From assembly GCA_003528115.1 (NCBI GenBank), contig DOGZ01000023.1, positions 24,231-88,230 on the forward strand: DNA of 64,000 nucleotides, read 5' to 3'. The DNA is from Candidatus Omnitrophota bacterium. Its GTDB lineage: Bacteria; Omnitrophota; Gorgyraeia; Zapsychrales; Zapsychraceae. Numbering within the stretch: position 1 is the first letter of the stretch; each line of letters starts with the position of its first letter. The position numbers and the translations under genes are program-made. The notes below the pieces were generated by a model. That model made no database searches. It worked only from the letters and a program-made list of their open reading frames with translations, and had not been told where the DNA came from. Shown in pieces: positions 20,415 through 30,928 of the stretch.

Positions 20415-21944
20415 ATGTCTGAACAAAATAGAGTCTTAATCTTTGATACAACCCTGCGCGACGGGGAACAGGCCCCGGGGGCGAGCATGAACGAAAAAGA
20501 AAAATTGGAAATCGCTTACGCCCTGGAGCGGCTGGGGGTGGATATTATCGAGGCGGGCTTCCCCGTGATTTCCGAAGGAGACTTCAATTCGGTTCAATCC
20601 GTCGCGAAACATATTAAAGGCAGTATTGTCTGCGGCCTGGCGCGTTCTATGAAAGCGGATATTGACGCGGCGGCTGAAGCCTTGGCCGCGGCCAGGAAGA
20701 AACGCATTCATGTCTTTTTGGCGACCTCCAAGATCCATATGCGTTTTAAATTAAAGAAAACCCAGGAGGAAATTTTGAAGATGGCCGTCGATGCCGTCAA
20801 GTACGCCAGGAAAAAAGTCGAAGATATCGAATTTTCTCCGGAAGACGCCTCCCGGACGGAACGCGAATTTCTGTATCGAATTCTGGAAGAAGTGATTAAG
20901 GCCGGCGCCACCACGGTCAACATTCCGGACACCGTGGGTTACAGCGTGCCCGCGGAATATGCCCAGTTGATTGGGGACATCAAGAATCATGTCCCGAATA
21001 TTCATAAGGCTGTGATCTCCGTCCACTGCCATGATGACTTGGGGGTCAGTGTGGCCAATTCTCTGGCGGCGATTAAGAACGGAGCCCGGCAAGTGGAATG
21101 TACCATCAATGGGATCGGCGAGCGTGCCGGTAACGCGTCCATGGAAGAAATCGTTATGGCGTTAAAGACCCGCTCAGATTTCTTTGGATGTACCACAGGC
21201 ATCCATACCCAGGAGATCTGCCGGATTTCGCGGCTGGTCAGCAAATGCACCGGGTTTGTCGTCGCGCCCAATAAAGCTATTGTGGGTCATAACGCCTTCC
21301 GTCATGAGGCCGGCATTCATCAGGATGGTATTTTAAAAGAACGCTCCACGTATGAAATCATGCGTCCGGAAGATGTCGGTTTTATGGGGACAGGCCTGGT
21401 CTTGGGCAAACACTCGGGCCGGCACGCCTTTAAAGACCGTCTGAAGATGCTGGGTATTGAATTGAAGGACAAAGGATTGGATGAGGCCTTTGATCGTTTT
21501 AAACGCGTGGCGGATAAGAAAAAACAAGTTTATGATGAAGACCTGATCGTCATCGTTGAAGATGAATTGAAAGCCTTTCAAAAAACGTGGAACTTAGTCA
21601 GTCTTATCTTTCAGAGCGGGACCAATATAAAACCGGACGTGCGTGTTGTCTTGAAATCCAAGGGCGAGACGTACGAGAAAAGCTCTTCCGGCGACGGTCC
21701 GGTGGATGCCTGTTATAAGGCGATTGACGCGGTCACGAAGGTCAAGGGTGAACTGCTGGACTATTCGATCCAGTCCGTCACCCAGGGGAAAGACGCCATG
21801 GGCGAGGTCACGGTTAAGGTAAAATTCAAGGACAGGAATATCATCGCTCGCGGGACAAGCACGGATATTTTAGAGGCCTCCGCCAAGGCGTATATTAACG
21901 CGGTGAATAAACTTCTCTCACAGCAGGCGGATGGGAAATCGTAA
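20415..21944 (+). CDS. leuA: 2-isopropylmalate synthase
   Basis: 'IFDTTLRDGEQAPG' and 'HCHDDLGVSVANSLAAIKNGA' signatures; 509 aa. Confidence 0.9.
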   Translation: MSEQNRVLIFDTTLRDGEQAPGASMNEKEKLEIAYALERLGVDIIEAGFPVISEGDFNSVQSVAKHIKGSIVCGLARSMKADIDAAAEALAAARKKRIHVFLATSKIHMRFKLKKTQEEILKMAVDAVKYARKKVEDIEFSPEDASRTEREFLYRILEEVIKAGATTVNIPDTVGYSVPAEYAQLIGDIKNHVPNIHKAVISVHCHDDLGVSVANSLAAIKNGARQVECTINGIGERAGNASMEEIVMALKTRSDFFGCTTGIHTQEICRISRLVSKCTGFVVAPNKAIVGHNAFRHEAGIHQDGILKERSTYEIMRPEDVGFMGTGLVLGKHSGRHAFKDRLKMLGIELKDKGLDEAFDRFKRVADKKKQVYDEDLIVIVEDELKAFQKTWNLVSLIFQSGTNIKPDVRVVLKSKGETYEKSSSGDGPVDACYKAIDAVTKVKGELLDYSIQSVTQGKDAMGEVTVKVKFKDRNIIARGTSTDILEASAKAYINAVNKLLSQQADGKS

Positions 21945-22006
21945 TCTTTTAAGAATTCTTCTCGGAAGGCAGCCCCACCAGGTAACCGTGGGGTTTCCTT
22001 TTACAC

Positions 22007-22879
22007 ATGTCTATGAAAGACTATCAAGCCATTTATGGGATTATCGGCAATCCTTTGGGGCATAGTTTGTCTCCTTTAATGCATAATGCGGCGTTCAAGG
22101 AATTAGGGGTGGATGCCGTCTATAAAGCGTTCCCGCTTGAGGCCGATGATGTTCAAGACTTTTTTAAAAAACTGAAGGAAAAGGCGTGTCCTATTTTCGG
22201 TTTAAATGTCACCGTTCCTTACAAAGAGGTGGTCCTGGAGTATGTGGACGCTCTCGCTCCTCTCGCGGAGAAAATAGGCGCGGTCAACACGATTGTGGTG
22301 ACCCAAGACCGCCGGTTGATCGGGTATAATACCGACGCGCCTGGATTCTTAGCCCATCTGACCGAACTCCAATTTAATTTGACCGACAAGCGCGTGGCCA
22401 TCCTTGGGGCCGGCGGATCCGCCCGCGCGATCCTGGCGATCCTTTGTTTGATTCCTGAGCGGCCGCAATCCATCCGGATTTATAACCGGACTTCCTCCCG
22501 GGTGGATCAGCTCATCGCCGATCTTCAGAGCCGGATTGATTTGAGTATCGTGGAAACGGTCGAGCACGTGGAGGATTTAAATATTGAATTGGCGGATCTG
22601 CTTATTAACACAACGTCGATGGGTTTAAAAGAAGAGGATCCCTGTCTGGTGGAAGAAAGTTTTTTTCATCCCGATATGCTGGTCTATGATTTAATCTATA
22701 ATCCCCCGGAAACTCTTTTGTTGAAAATGGCCAAAGAACGCGGGACCCAGACCTCGAATGGATTAGGAATGTTATATTATCAGGGAGTTTTGTCTTTACA
22801 ACATTGGGCGAATCTTCAGTTGGATGACAGGGTGAAAGAAAAAATGTGGGAAGCCATTCACAAAAGGACAGCGAAATGA
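22007..22879 (+). CDS. aroE: Shikimate dehydrogenase
   Basis: 'YGIIGNPLGHSLSPLMHNAAF' signature; 290 aa. Confidence 0.85.
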   Translation: MSMKDYQAIYGIIGNPLGHSLSPLMHNAAFKELGVDAVYKAFPLEADDVQDFFKKLKEKACPIFGLNVTVPYKEVVLEYVDALAPLAEKIGAVNTIVVTQDRRLIGYNTDAPGFLAHLTELQFNLTDKRVAILGAGGSARAILAILCLIPERPQSIRIYNRTSSRVDQLIADLQSRIDLSIVETVEHVEDLNIELADLLINTTSMGLKEEDPCLVEESFFHPDMLVYDLIYNPPETLLLKMAKERGTQTSNGLGMLYYQGVLSLQHWANLQLDDRVKEKMWEAIHKRTAK

Positions 22880-23709
22880 TGGACACAAGCGTTATCGGCC
22901 CCTTTATTTTTATTTTAGGTTCAATCGTCGGGAGTTTTCTCAATGTCTGCATAGTCCGTCTCCCGCATGAGAAGTCCGTGGTTTATCCCGGTTCTCATTG
23001 CGTTCAGTGCAAAAAGCCGATTTCCTGGTTCGACAATATCCCTTTGATCAGTTATCTCCTCCTCAGAGGGCGTTGCCGCTATTGTCAGCAAAAAATTTCT
23101 TTTCGGTATTTTTTTGTTGAATGCCTGACGGCGATGATTTTTCTTGGATTCTATCTTTATTTTGGATTGACGATGCTTCTGCTCCCGTATCTTTTCATGG
23201 TCAGCGGGTTTATTGTCGCGACCCTTGTGGACTTCGAACACCGGATCATCCCGGATGAGGTCAGCGTCGGTGGAATTGGCCTTGGTCTTGTTTTGAGTTT
23301 ATTTCTGCCGGAAATGCATGGAATTCATTCTGAGGCCATTCAGGTCAAGTATCCCGTTTTGGCCGCCCACTTTTTATCTCTGGGCTATTCTTTGTTAGGC
23401 GTCCTAGCCGGCGGGGGATTAATCTATGCCATGGGTGTTTTAGGGGACTTCCTCTTTAAGAAAGAATCCATGGGCGGCGGTGATGTGAAGCTTCTGGCCA
23501 TGGTGGGCGCGTTCTTGGGATGGAAATTGGCTGTTTTATCCTTCTTCATCGCCCCGGTCTTAGGCGCTGTTTACGGAGTTATTGAAAAAATCCGGACCAA
23601 GGATTCAACCATCGCGTACGGCCCGTTTCTTGTTTTTGGCGCTCTCATCAGTCTGTTTTGGGGGGAGCGTATCCTCGCGTGGGTCATGAGCGGCTACGGG
23701 TTGTATTAA
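22876..23709 (+). CDS. pilD: Prepilin leader peptidase / N-methyltransferase (A24 family)
   Basis: Cys-rich cytoplasmic loop 'HCVQCKKPISWFDNIPLISYLLLRGRCRYC' and a multi-TM body. The start overlaps the aroE stop. Confidence 0.8.
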   Translation: MMDTSVIGPFIFILGSIVGSFLNVCIVRLPHEKSVVYPGSHCVQCKKPISWFDNIPLISYLLLRGRCRYCQQKISFRYFFVECLTAMIFLGFYLYFGLTMLLLPYLFMVSGFIVATLVDFEHRIIPDEVSVGGIGLGLVLSLFLPEMHGIHSEAIQVKYPVLAAHFLSLGYSLLGVLAGGGLIYAMGVLGDFLFKKESMGGGDVKLLAMVGAFLGWKLAVLSFFIAPVLGAVYGVIEKIRTKDSTIAYGPFLVFGALISLFWGERILAWVMSGYGLY

Positions 23710-23762
23710 ACGTCTTAGTGATCCGGTTCCCAATTCCTAAAATAAAATATATATCTCCTATC

Positions 23763-23800
23763 CCGTTTTCCGTTTTCCCGTATTTTATTCCCCCGTTTTC
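23763..23800 (+). repeat. Three direct copies of CCGTTTTC (plus a CCGTATTTT variant) immediately upstream of the aroK -35 box
   Basis: Read from the sequence. Candidate activator-binding or UP-like element. Confidence 0.4.
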
Positions 23801-23808
23801 TTGAAAAA

Positions 23809-23837
23809 TTGACACCCCGGTTCGCCTGTGTTAGAAT
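23809..23837 (+). promoter_or_regulatory. Near-consensus sigma70 promoter for aroK: -35 TTGACA, 17-nt spacer, -10 TAGAAT
   Basis: Perfect -35, 5/6 match at -10, optimal spacing. The -10 ends 6 nt before the aroK ATG, so the mRNA is predicted to be leaderless or nearly so. Confidence 0.55.
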
Positions 23838-23843
23838 CGGCCC

Positions 23844-24359
23844 ATGAAAATTTCGAATATTGCCCTGATCGGATTTATGGGGGTGGGGAAATCCATGGTC
23901 GGCAGCCGGCTGGCGCAGCTTTTGAAGAAAAGAGTTATATCGACGGATAATCTTATTGAAAAAAGAGAGCGGCGGTCCATTGCCGAGATATTTCGGGACA
24001 GCGGTGAACCGTATTTTAGAAAATTAGAAAAGGCCGTTGTTCAAGAGATTTCTCAAGAGGAGGACGTCATCATCGATTGCGGCGGCGGTGTTCCGTTGGA
24101 TGCCGGGAACATGGAGCGATTGAAGAGGAATTTTACGGTGGTGTATTTACGGGCGTCCGCGGAATTTATTTTTGAGAATTTAAAAAGAACCAAAAAACGT
24201 CCCTTGCTTGACGTCCCCGACCCTCAGGCCAAGATAAAAGAGCTCCTTGAGAAACGCGAGCCCTTTTACCGCGAAGCGGATATTGTGTTGGATACAAATA
24301 ATAAAAGCATCGAACAGATCTCTGAGGATATTTTGAAGATACTTAATCGCCCTGAGTGA
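23844..24359 (+). CDS. aroK: Shikimate kinase
   Basis: 'IALIGFMGVGKSMVG' Walker A; 171 aa. Confidence 0.85.
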   Translation: MKISNIALIGFMGVGKSMVGSRLAQLLKKRVISTDNLIEKRERRSIAEIFRDSGEPYFRKLEKAVVQEISQEEDVIIDCGGGVPLDAGNMERLKRNFTVVYLRASAEFIFENLKRTKKRPLLDVPDPQAKIKELLEKREPFYREADIVLDTNNKSIEQISEDILKILNRPE

Positions 24360-24441
24360 TCATTGGTGTACCCTTGACACGCCCCCTGTCTATTGAATAA
24401 CCATTCCCCGTATTTCCCCAATAAATAAGGTTGGATAAAAG

Positions 24442-25626
24442 ATGACTGAATTAGACGCCTTATTGGTTCTTAATGCCGTCGCGGGAGTAGGGAACATCCG
24501 CGTAAGAAAATTGGTTGAGCAGTACGGCTCCGCCCATAAACTGTTTTCGCTGGACGAAGCTGAGTTGAGGGAAAATGGCGTCCCTCAGCCCGCCGTTCAG
24601 AATATTTTGAATTTCCCTAGAGACAATTTCCTGAAAAACGAATATAATCTCATCACGCAAAAGAAGGTTAAACTCGTGGACTATCGGGATGAGTCCTATC
24701 CGGTGAATCTTCGCGGTATTCCCGATGCCCCCATCGTTCTTTATGTCCGCGGGAGCATACTTAAGGACAATGAAGCTTCGATCGCTATTGTCGGATCAAG
24801 ACGTTGTTCCCTCTATGGATCATCTGTTTCCGGGCAGTTTGCCGGACGTCTCGCGGAGCTCGGTTTTTGTGTGGTCTCTGGTCTGGCCAGGGGAATCGAT
24901 ACGGCGGCGCATCAAGGGGCGTTGAAGGCCAAGGGGCAAACTCAGGCGGTGATGGGATGCGGTTTGGCGCAGATCTACCCTCCGGAAAACAAGAATTTGT
25001 TTGAAGAAATTTCAGAAAAAGGGGCCGTCATTTCAGAGTTTTCCATGGAGACGCCTCCGGCGCCGTATAACTTTCCTCGACGAAACAGGGTCATTAGCGG
25101 TTTATCCTGGGGGGTGGTGGTCGTGGAAGCGGCGCTTCGAAGCGGGGCGTTAATTACCGCCGATTGCGCTTTGGAACAAGGCCGGGATGTTTTTGCCGTT
25201 CCTGGAAAGGTGGATAATCCGGGGTCCTGGGGCGCGCATAATCTGATCAAACAGGGCGCCAAGTTGGTCAGTTCTGTGGAGGACATTCTGGAAGAACTGG
25301 AACTCCCCTTAACAAGGTTTCTGGAAGAGAGAAAGGCGCGGGCAGGACAGGACATCCCTCAGGACAAGGAGCTTCCTAATCTTATGCCCTCGAACCCTTT
25401 TGTAACTTCTGCCGCTCATGGAAACTGTTTGGAGGCGTTGCCGTCTGAAGGGGAATTAACGGAAGAGGAAAATGCCGTTTATCGTCATTTGAGCGACAGT
25501 CCCGTTCACGTGGATGAGTTGAGTTTACGGTGCGCCCGACCCGCCGCGTTCATAGGTTCTGTTTTGCTTCAATTGGAACTCAAACGGGTAGTCAAGCAAC
25601 TGCCCGGGAAATTGTTTGTAAAATAA
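24442..25626 (+). CDS. dprA: DNA-processing protein A (Smf)
   Basis: 'IVGSRRCSLYGSSVSGQFAGRLAELGFCVVSGLARGIDTAAHQGAL' Rossmann-like DprA core; 394 aa; conserved position upstream of topA. Confidence 0.85.
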   Translation: MTELDALLVLNAVAGVGNIRVRKLVEQYGSAHKLFSLDEAELRENGVPQPAVQNILNFPRDNFLKNEYNLITQKKVKLVDYRDESYPVNLRGIPDAPIVLYVRGSILKDNEASIAIVGSRRCSLYGSSVSGQFAGRLAELGFCVVSGLARGIDTAAHQGALKAKGQTQAVMGCGLAQIYPPENKNLFEEISEKGAVISEFSMETPPAPYNFPRRNRVISGLSWGVVVVEAALRSGALITADCALEQGRDVFAVPGKVDNPGSWGAHNLIKQGAKLVSSVEDILEELELPLTRFLEERKARAGQDIPQDKELPNLMPSNPFVTSAAHGNCLEALPSEGELTEEENAVYRHLSDSPVHVDELSLRCARPAAFIGSVLLQLELKRVVKQLPGKLFVK

Positions 25627-25661
25627 ATTAATAATGATATTTGTTCAGTGAAGGTATCGAT

Positions 25662-27677
25662 ATGACAAAAGCAATCGTTATTGTTGAATCTCCGGCTAAG
25701 GTTAAGACCATTAATAAAATTCTGGGGAAAAATTATAAGGTCGTGTCTTCCATGGGGCATCTGGTTGACCTGCCCAAATCGACGTTAGGCGTTGATATTG
25801 AGAAAAATTTCCAGCCGTCGTTCATTGTTGTCCGCAGCAAGCAAAAAATTCTTACCAATTTAAAGAAAGAAAGCAAAAGCGCCAAGGAAATTTATGTGGC
25901 CACGGATCCTGACCGGGAAGGTGAGGCCATCGGCTGGAATTTAATCAATCATATCGGCGAAGGTAAGAAAGTCTTTCGGGTGACTTTTCAAGAAATCACC
26001 AAAGAAGCCGTGCTCAAGGCCTTTGAGAAGCCCCGGGAGTTTGATATCAAGAAAATCGATGCCCAGGTGGCCAGACGGATTCTTGACCGGATTGTCGGGT
26101 ATAAAATCAGCCCGATCCTTTGGAAAAAGGTCGGTTCCCGTTTGAGTGCCGGGCGTGTCCAGTCCGTGGCCCTGCGCCTCATCGTGGAACGGGAGCGGGA
26201 GATTAAGCGGTTTGTCCCCAAGGAGTATTGGCAGATCCTGGTCGATCTTAAGAAGCCGGACCGTGAGGATATCCTGAGTGCCTCTTTGGAGAAATACGAT
26301 AATGAGAAATTGGAACTGGGATCCAAACAGATCACCGACGCCCTGCTCGAGAAGATGAAAGGGGAGCGTTTCATCGTTTCGGATATCGCCCAGAGAGAAA
26401 TCAAGCGTAAAGCCTCGCCGCCTTTGATTACCAGTACCCTGCAGCAAGAGGCCTTTAACAAATTGAAGTTTAACGCCAACAAAACCATGATGATCGCCCA
26501 GCAGCTTTATGAAGGCATGGAAGTCGGTGACGGGGAATCCGTCGGGCTGATCACGTACATGAGAACAGACTCGGTCAACATCTCGCAAGAGGCGATGGGG
26601 AAAGTGCGGCAATTTATTAAGACCCAGTATGGAGATAACTATTTGCCGGACACCCCGAATGTCTATAAATCCAAGAAGTCAGCCCAGGAGGCCCATGAGG
26701 CTATCCGTCCCTCCGATGTCTTACGCGGACCCGAGACCCTGAAAAAGATCCTGGATGCGGATCAATACAAGCTCTATGAAATCATTTGGAATAGATTTGT
26801 CAGTTCCCAGATGGTGCCGGCCGTGTATCAATCTAAAAAAATAGAAATCACGGCGGGGAAATTTCTTTTCGGGGTCAACGGCTCAACGCTTCTTTTTGAC
26901 GGTTTTCTCACCCTCGAACGTGAGGAGAAAGAAGAGGAAAAGAAACTCGATTTCTCTCATTACCAGAAGGGGGATCATTTGGAGTTAAAGGAGATTAAAC
27001 CCTCCCAGCATTTTACGAAGCCGCCGCCTCGTTTTTCGGACGCGAGTTTGGTCAAGGCCCTGGAAGAAGACGGCATCGGACGTCCCAGCACCTACGCCTC
27101 GATTATTCAAACGCTGGCTTTCCGCAATTATGTGCTCCGTGACCGGGGCTATTTCACGCCGACGGAACTGGGGATAACGATTTGCGATTTGCTGGTGGAA
27201 TATTTTCCCAAAGTTCTCGATGTGGGGTTCACGGCGCGCATGGAAGAGAACCTGGACCTGGTCGAAGAAGGAAAGTTGGAGTACCCCAAACTCCTCCAGG
27301 AGTTTTATCAGCCCTTTAAAGGGGAGTTGGATCACGCGGAGAACACGATTGTCAAGACGCACAACTTTATTGACAAGAAGTGCCCTGAATGCGGACGGCA
27401 GATGGCTGTGAAGTGGGGCCGGCGGGGAAAGTTTTTAAGTTGTTCAGGCTTCCCGCAGTGTAAATTCGCCCAGCCTATTACTTCAGGCATCAAATGCCCT
27501 CAAGAAGGATGCGGCGGGGAATTGGTCAAACGGCAATCCAAAAAAGGCATGCCGTTTTACGGCTGCAGCCATTATCCCAAATGCACGTATGTCAGCTCCA
27601 AGCCGCCGGAAATCGTCGACGAGGCCGGCAGCGGGAGTTCCCAGGGAGAAAAGAAAGACGCGGGCGCTGAGACATGA
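25662..27677 (+). CDS. topA: DNA topoisomerase I with C-terminal zinc ribbons
   Basis: TOPRIM N-terminus 'AIVIVESPAKVKTINKILG'; C-terminal 'CPECG...CSGFPQC', 'CPQEGCGG...CSHYPKC'. Start at MTKAIV. Confidence 0.9.
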   Translation: MTKAIVIVESPAKVKTINKILGKNYKVVSSMGHLVDLPKSTLGVDIEKNFQPSFIVVRSKQKILTNLKKESKSAKEIYVATDPDREGEAIGWNLINHIGEGKKVFRVTFQEITKEAVLKAFEKPREFDIKKIDAQVARRILDRIVGYKISPILWKKVGSRLSAGRVQSVALRLIVEREREIKRFVPKEYWQILVDLKKPDREDILSASLEKYDNEKLELGSKQITDALLEKMKGERFIVSDIAQREIKRKASPPLITSTLQQEAFNKLKFNANKTMMIAQQLYEGMEVGDGESVGLITYMRTDSVNISQEAMGKVRQFIKTQYGDNYLPDTPNVYKSKKSAQEAHEAIRPSDVLRGPETLKKILDADQYKLYEIIWNRFVSSQMVPAVYQSKKIEITAGKFLFGVNGSTLLFDGFLTLEREEKEEEKKLDFSHYQKGDHLELKEIKPSQHFTKPPPRFSDASLVKALEEDGIGRPSTYASIIQTLAFRNYVLRDRGYFTPTELGITICDLLVEYFPKVLDVGFTARMEENLDLVEEGKLEYPKLLQEFYQPFKGELDHAENTIVKTHNFIDKKCPECGRQMAVKWGRRGKFLSCSGFPQCKFAQPITSGIKCPQEGCGGELVKRQSKKGMPFYGCSHYPKCTYVSSKPPEIVDEAGSGSSQGEKKDAGAET

Positions 27678-28534
27678 ATCGGTATATTGAGAAATTTGTC
27701 AACTATTTGGATGTGGAGAGAAATTATTCCAGACACACCATTCTCAATTACAGTCTTGATTTGGAAGATTTCTTTAAGTTTCTCGATAAGGTCGCCCTGG
27801 AGAAGTGTGATTATTTGTTCCTGAGAAAGTATCTTGCCTATTTGAGAGAGAAGCAGCATCGACCTAGATCGCTTGCCCGAAAACTTTCTTCCTTAAGAAG
27901 TTTTTTCAGGTTTCTTCTCCGGGAAGGACTTCTGAAGAATAATCCCGCTTTATTGATGATGTCGCCGAAACTGGATAAGACATTGCCGAAATTCTTAACG
28001 GAAGAAGAAATGGCGCGATTTATTGAGTCCGCTTCCGACGGAAAGCCGCTGAGCCGCAGGGACAGGGCCATGATGGAAACCCTGTACAGCACCGGGATCA
28101 GGGTGAGTGAACTGGTTGGGATGAATGTCCATGATGTGGATTTCATTGGGAATACGGTGAAGGTATTCGGCAAAGGGAAAAAGGAACGGATTGTTCCTAT
28201 CGGCGATAAAGCCTTGGGGGCGATGAGAGATTATTTGCAGGACCGCCTCCATCAGCCGGGCGCCCTGTTTCTCGACAAGAAAGGAAATCGTTTATCCGAT
28301 AGAGGCGTTCGGAGGATTCTCCAGAAATATATCCACGCGGGCAGTCTTCAAACCCATGTCTCACCGCATGTGTTCCGTCATTCCTTCGCGACGCATCTGC
28401 TCAACCGGGGGGCCGACCTGCGGTGTGTTCAGGAATTGCTGGGTCACGCTAATCTTTCAACGACGCAAATATATACTCATGTCACGACCGACCGGCTGAA
28501 AAAAGTATATGACCAGGCCCATCCCAGGGCGTAA
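27674..28534 (+). CDS. xerC: Tyrosine recombinase XerC/XerD
   Basis: C-terminal 'HVFRHSFATHLLNRGADLRCVQELLGHANLSTTQIYTHV' catalytic motif with Tyr; 286 aa. Confidence 0.8.
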   Translation: MNRYIEKFVNYLDVERNYSRHTILNYSLDLEDFFKFLDKVALEKCDYLFLRKYLAYLREKQHRPRSLARKLSSLRSFFRFLLREGLLKNNPALLMMSPKLDKTLPKFLTEEEMARFIESASDGKPLSRRDRAMMETLYSTGIRVSELVGMNVHDVDFIGNTVKVFGKGKKERIVPIGDKALGAMRDYLQDRLHQPGALFLDKKGNRLSDRGVRRILQKYIHAGSLQTHVSPHVFRHSFATHLLNRGADLRCVQELLGHANLSTTQIYTHVTTDRLKKVYDQAHPRA

Positions 28535-28566
28535 TGCTGCCTATCATCAAGGGTTGAACAAATCGT

Positions 28567-29829
28567 ATGCGGTTCATTTTTGACATCATTTTTGTGGTCT
28601 ATGCCTTAGTGTATTTTCCTTATGTGATGCTTCAGAGGAAATGGCATAAGGATTTTCCCCAGCGTCTCGGCTGCTGGCCCGCGGCCTTGAGGAGCGCGTT
28701 TAAACAGAAAGACAATATCTGGGTCCACGCGGTCAGTGTCGGCGAGGTCGAGGCGTCTTTACCTTTGATTAAAAGGATTAAGGAATCCTTCCCGGCGTAC
28801 GGAATGATTTGCTCCACCGTGACACCAACAGGCTATCGTCTCGCCAGGGAGAGATTGCAAGATCAGGGACTTGTTATTTATGCCCCGCTGGATTTTAGCT
28901 GGATGACGCGCAAACTCGTCCATCTCATCCGGCCTAAAATGTACGTTGTGGTGGAAACAGAAATTTGGCCGAATATGTTCTTGGCGCTCCAAAGCCGGGG
29001 CGTGCCGATCGTCCTGGTGAACGGCCGTATTTCGGACAAGGCCTTCAGAAACTATCAAAAGATTTCTTTTCTCCTGAGAAGGATCCTGCGTGGTGTGAGC
29101 CATTTTTGCATGCAATCTTCCCTCGATGCGCGGCGGATCCTAACGCTCGGTGCCCCGCAAGAAAGGGTCAGCGTCGTGGGCCATTTGAAGTTTGATAACC
29201 TGCCGCCGCCTGCCGCGGATTTACCCAAAATAAATTTTGGAAAAGACGACAGGCTTCTCATCGCCGGCAGCACGCATCCGGGAGAGGAGGAAATCCTTCT
29301 TAAAATTTATAAAAAGCTGGTTGCCGAGTTCAAAACGATACGATTAGTCCTCGCCCCCCGCCATGTGGAGCGGACGCAGGATGTTGTCAGGCTGGTGGAA
29401 GACCTGGGATTTAAGGCGGTTAAGTTTTCGCGTGCCGCCGATGTCCGATTGACGGCCGATTCCGTCGTTGTTGTCGACACCATAGGACAGTTGCGGACTT
29501 TGTACAATTGGGCGGAGGTTGTTTTTGTGGGAAAATCGCTCACCGTCCCCGGCGGACAGAACATCATCGAACCGGCCTTTTACGGCAAGCCGGTTTTTGT
29601 CGGACCCCACACGCGGAATTTTCGTGACGTGGTGGCGTTGTTTTTACAAGAACAGGCGCTTGTTCAAGTCCGGGATGCCGATGAATTATTCTTTGCTTTA
29701 AAGGAATTTCTTCGGGATCCGAACCCGAGGACACAAATGGGGCTTCGGGCGCAAGCCGTCGTTCAAAAATATCAGGGTGCGACCGCCCGCACGATTAAAA
29801 TCCTTTCAACCTTTCTTGGCCGGGAATAA
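28567..29829 (+). CDS. waaA: 3-deoxy-D-manno-octulosonic acid (Kdo) transferase
   Basis: N-terminal TM anchor plus 'WVHAVSVGEVEASLPLIKRIK' GT30 signature; 420 aa. Confidence 0.85.
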   Translation: MRFIFDIIFVVYALVYFPYVMLQRKWHKDFPQRLGCWPAALRSAFKQKDNIWVHAVSVGEVEASLPLIKRIKESFPAYGMICSTVTPTGYRLARERLQDQGLVIYAPLDFSWMTRKLVHLIRPKMYVVVETEIWPNMFLALQSRGVPIVLVNGRISDKAFRNYQKISFLLRRILRGVSHFCMQSSLDARRILTLGAPQERVSVVGHLKFDNLPPPAADLPKINFGKDDRLLIAGSTHPGEEEILLKIYKKLVAEFKTIRLVLAPRHVERTQDVVRLVEDLGFKAVKFSRAADVRLTADSVVVVDTIGQLRTLYNWAEVVFVGKSLTVPGGQNIIEPAFYGKPVFVGPHTRNFRDVVALFLQEQALVQVRDADELFFALKEFLRDPNPRTQMGLRAQAVVQKYQGATARTIKILSTFLGRE

Positions 29830-29839
29830 GAGGAAGAAC

Positions 29840-30928
29840 ATGAGCGTGAGGCATTTCCTGTATTTGGTGGCGACGGATCAGAAAAAGGGATGGGGAATTC
29901 AGGTCTTGAAATCCGTCTTAGGCCTGTTGTCCTGCCTTTATGGTTTCGTGGTTCTGATCATTGGGTGGGCTTACCGCGGGGGCTTGTTTAGAACCATCCG
30001 TCTGGCCAGACCAGTTGTGAGTGTCGGCAACATGACTTTGGGAGGCGTGGGCAAAACGCCCCTTGTGGAATTGATCGCCGCGGCCTTAAAAGAGAAGAAC
30101 ATCAAACCGGTTGTTCTCATCCGCGGGTATATGAGTCCAATATGTTCGCGGAAGTCAGGAGTTGGGCGCAGGTCCTTAAGCGATGAAGCCCGGATGCTGG
30201 TCGCTTCTTTGGGGGATGTGCCGGTCTTGGTCGGGGCGGACAGAGTGAAGAATGCCGTCAATTTTTTGAAAGGGCACACCGCGGATATTTTCTTGTTGGA
30301 TGACGGGTTTCAGCACCGGCGGATTTTCAGGCAGTTGGATATTGTGGCGATTGACGCGACCGATCCTTGGGGGAACGGATGTTTGATCCCTCGTGGTATT
30401 TTGAGAGAACCTTTCAGGGCCTTGCGCCGGGCGCACATGGTGGTGTTAACCAAGACGGACTTAGGCGGGTCCAACGTCCCTCAGATCAAGGCGCGGTTAC
30501 AAACGTTAGGCCTCACCCTCCCGGTCATCGAGACCATTCATCAGCCCTGCGCCCTTGTGGATGTGCGTTTGAAGACAACGACGTCGATGTCTTTCCTTAA
30601 AGGAAAAACAATTTGTTCTTTTTGCAGTATTGGACATCCCAAGACGTTTGAAATGACGCTGGTGAATTTGGGGGCGCAGTTAGCAAAAAGTTTTTCTTTT
30701 ATTGACCATCATGTGTATGAAGAAGACGATATCGCGCGGATCGCCCGGTATTGTCAGGCCGACGGGATCGATACGGTGGTGACCACACAGAAAGACGCGG
30801 TCAAACTGGAACAGTGGTTACGGTTCTTCCCGGCGTCTTTTAAAGTTTTATCCTTGCAGATCAAGATATCGATTGTCAAAGGGAAGGAAGAATTCTTTGA
30901 AAGAATTGATCATCTACTACAGCGCTAG
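29840..30928 (+). CDS. lpxK: Tetraacyldisaccharide 4'-kinase
   Basis: 'VSVGNMTLGGVGKTPLVELIA' P-loop. Start moved to the ATG at 29840; the ORF track's 29777 start overlaps waaA. Confidence 0.85.
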   Translation: MSVRHFLYLVATDQKKGWGIQVLKSVLGLLSCLYGFVVLIIGWAYRGGLFRTIRLARPVVSVGNMTLGGVGKTPLVELIAAALKEKNIKPVVLIRGYMSPICSRKSGVGRRSLSDEARMLVASLGDVPVLVGADRVKNAVNFLKGHTADIFLLDDGFQHRRIFRQLDIVAIDATDPWGNGCLIPRGILREPFRALRRAHMVVLTKTDLGGSNVPQIKARLQTLGLTLPVIETIHQPCALVDVRLKTTTSMSFLKGKTICSFCSIGHPKTFEMTLVNLGAQLAKSFSFIDHHVYEEDDIARIARYCQADGIDTVVTTQKDAVKLEQWLRFFPASFKVLSLQIKISIVKGKEEFFERIDHLLQR

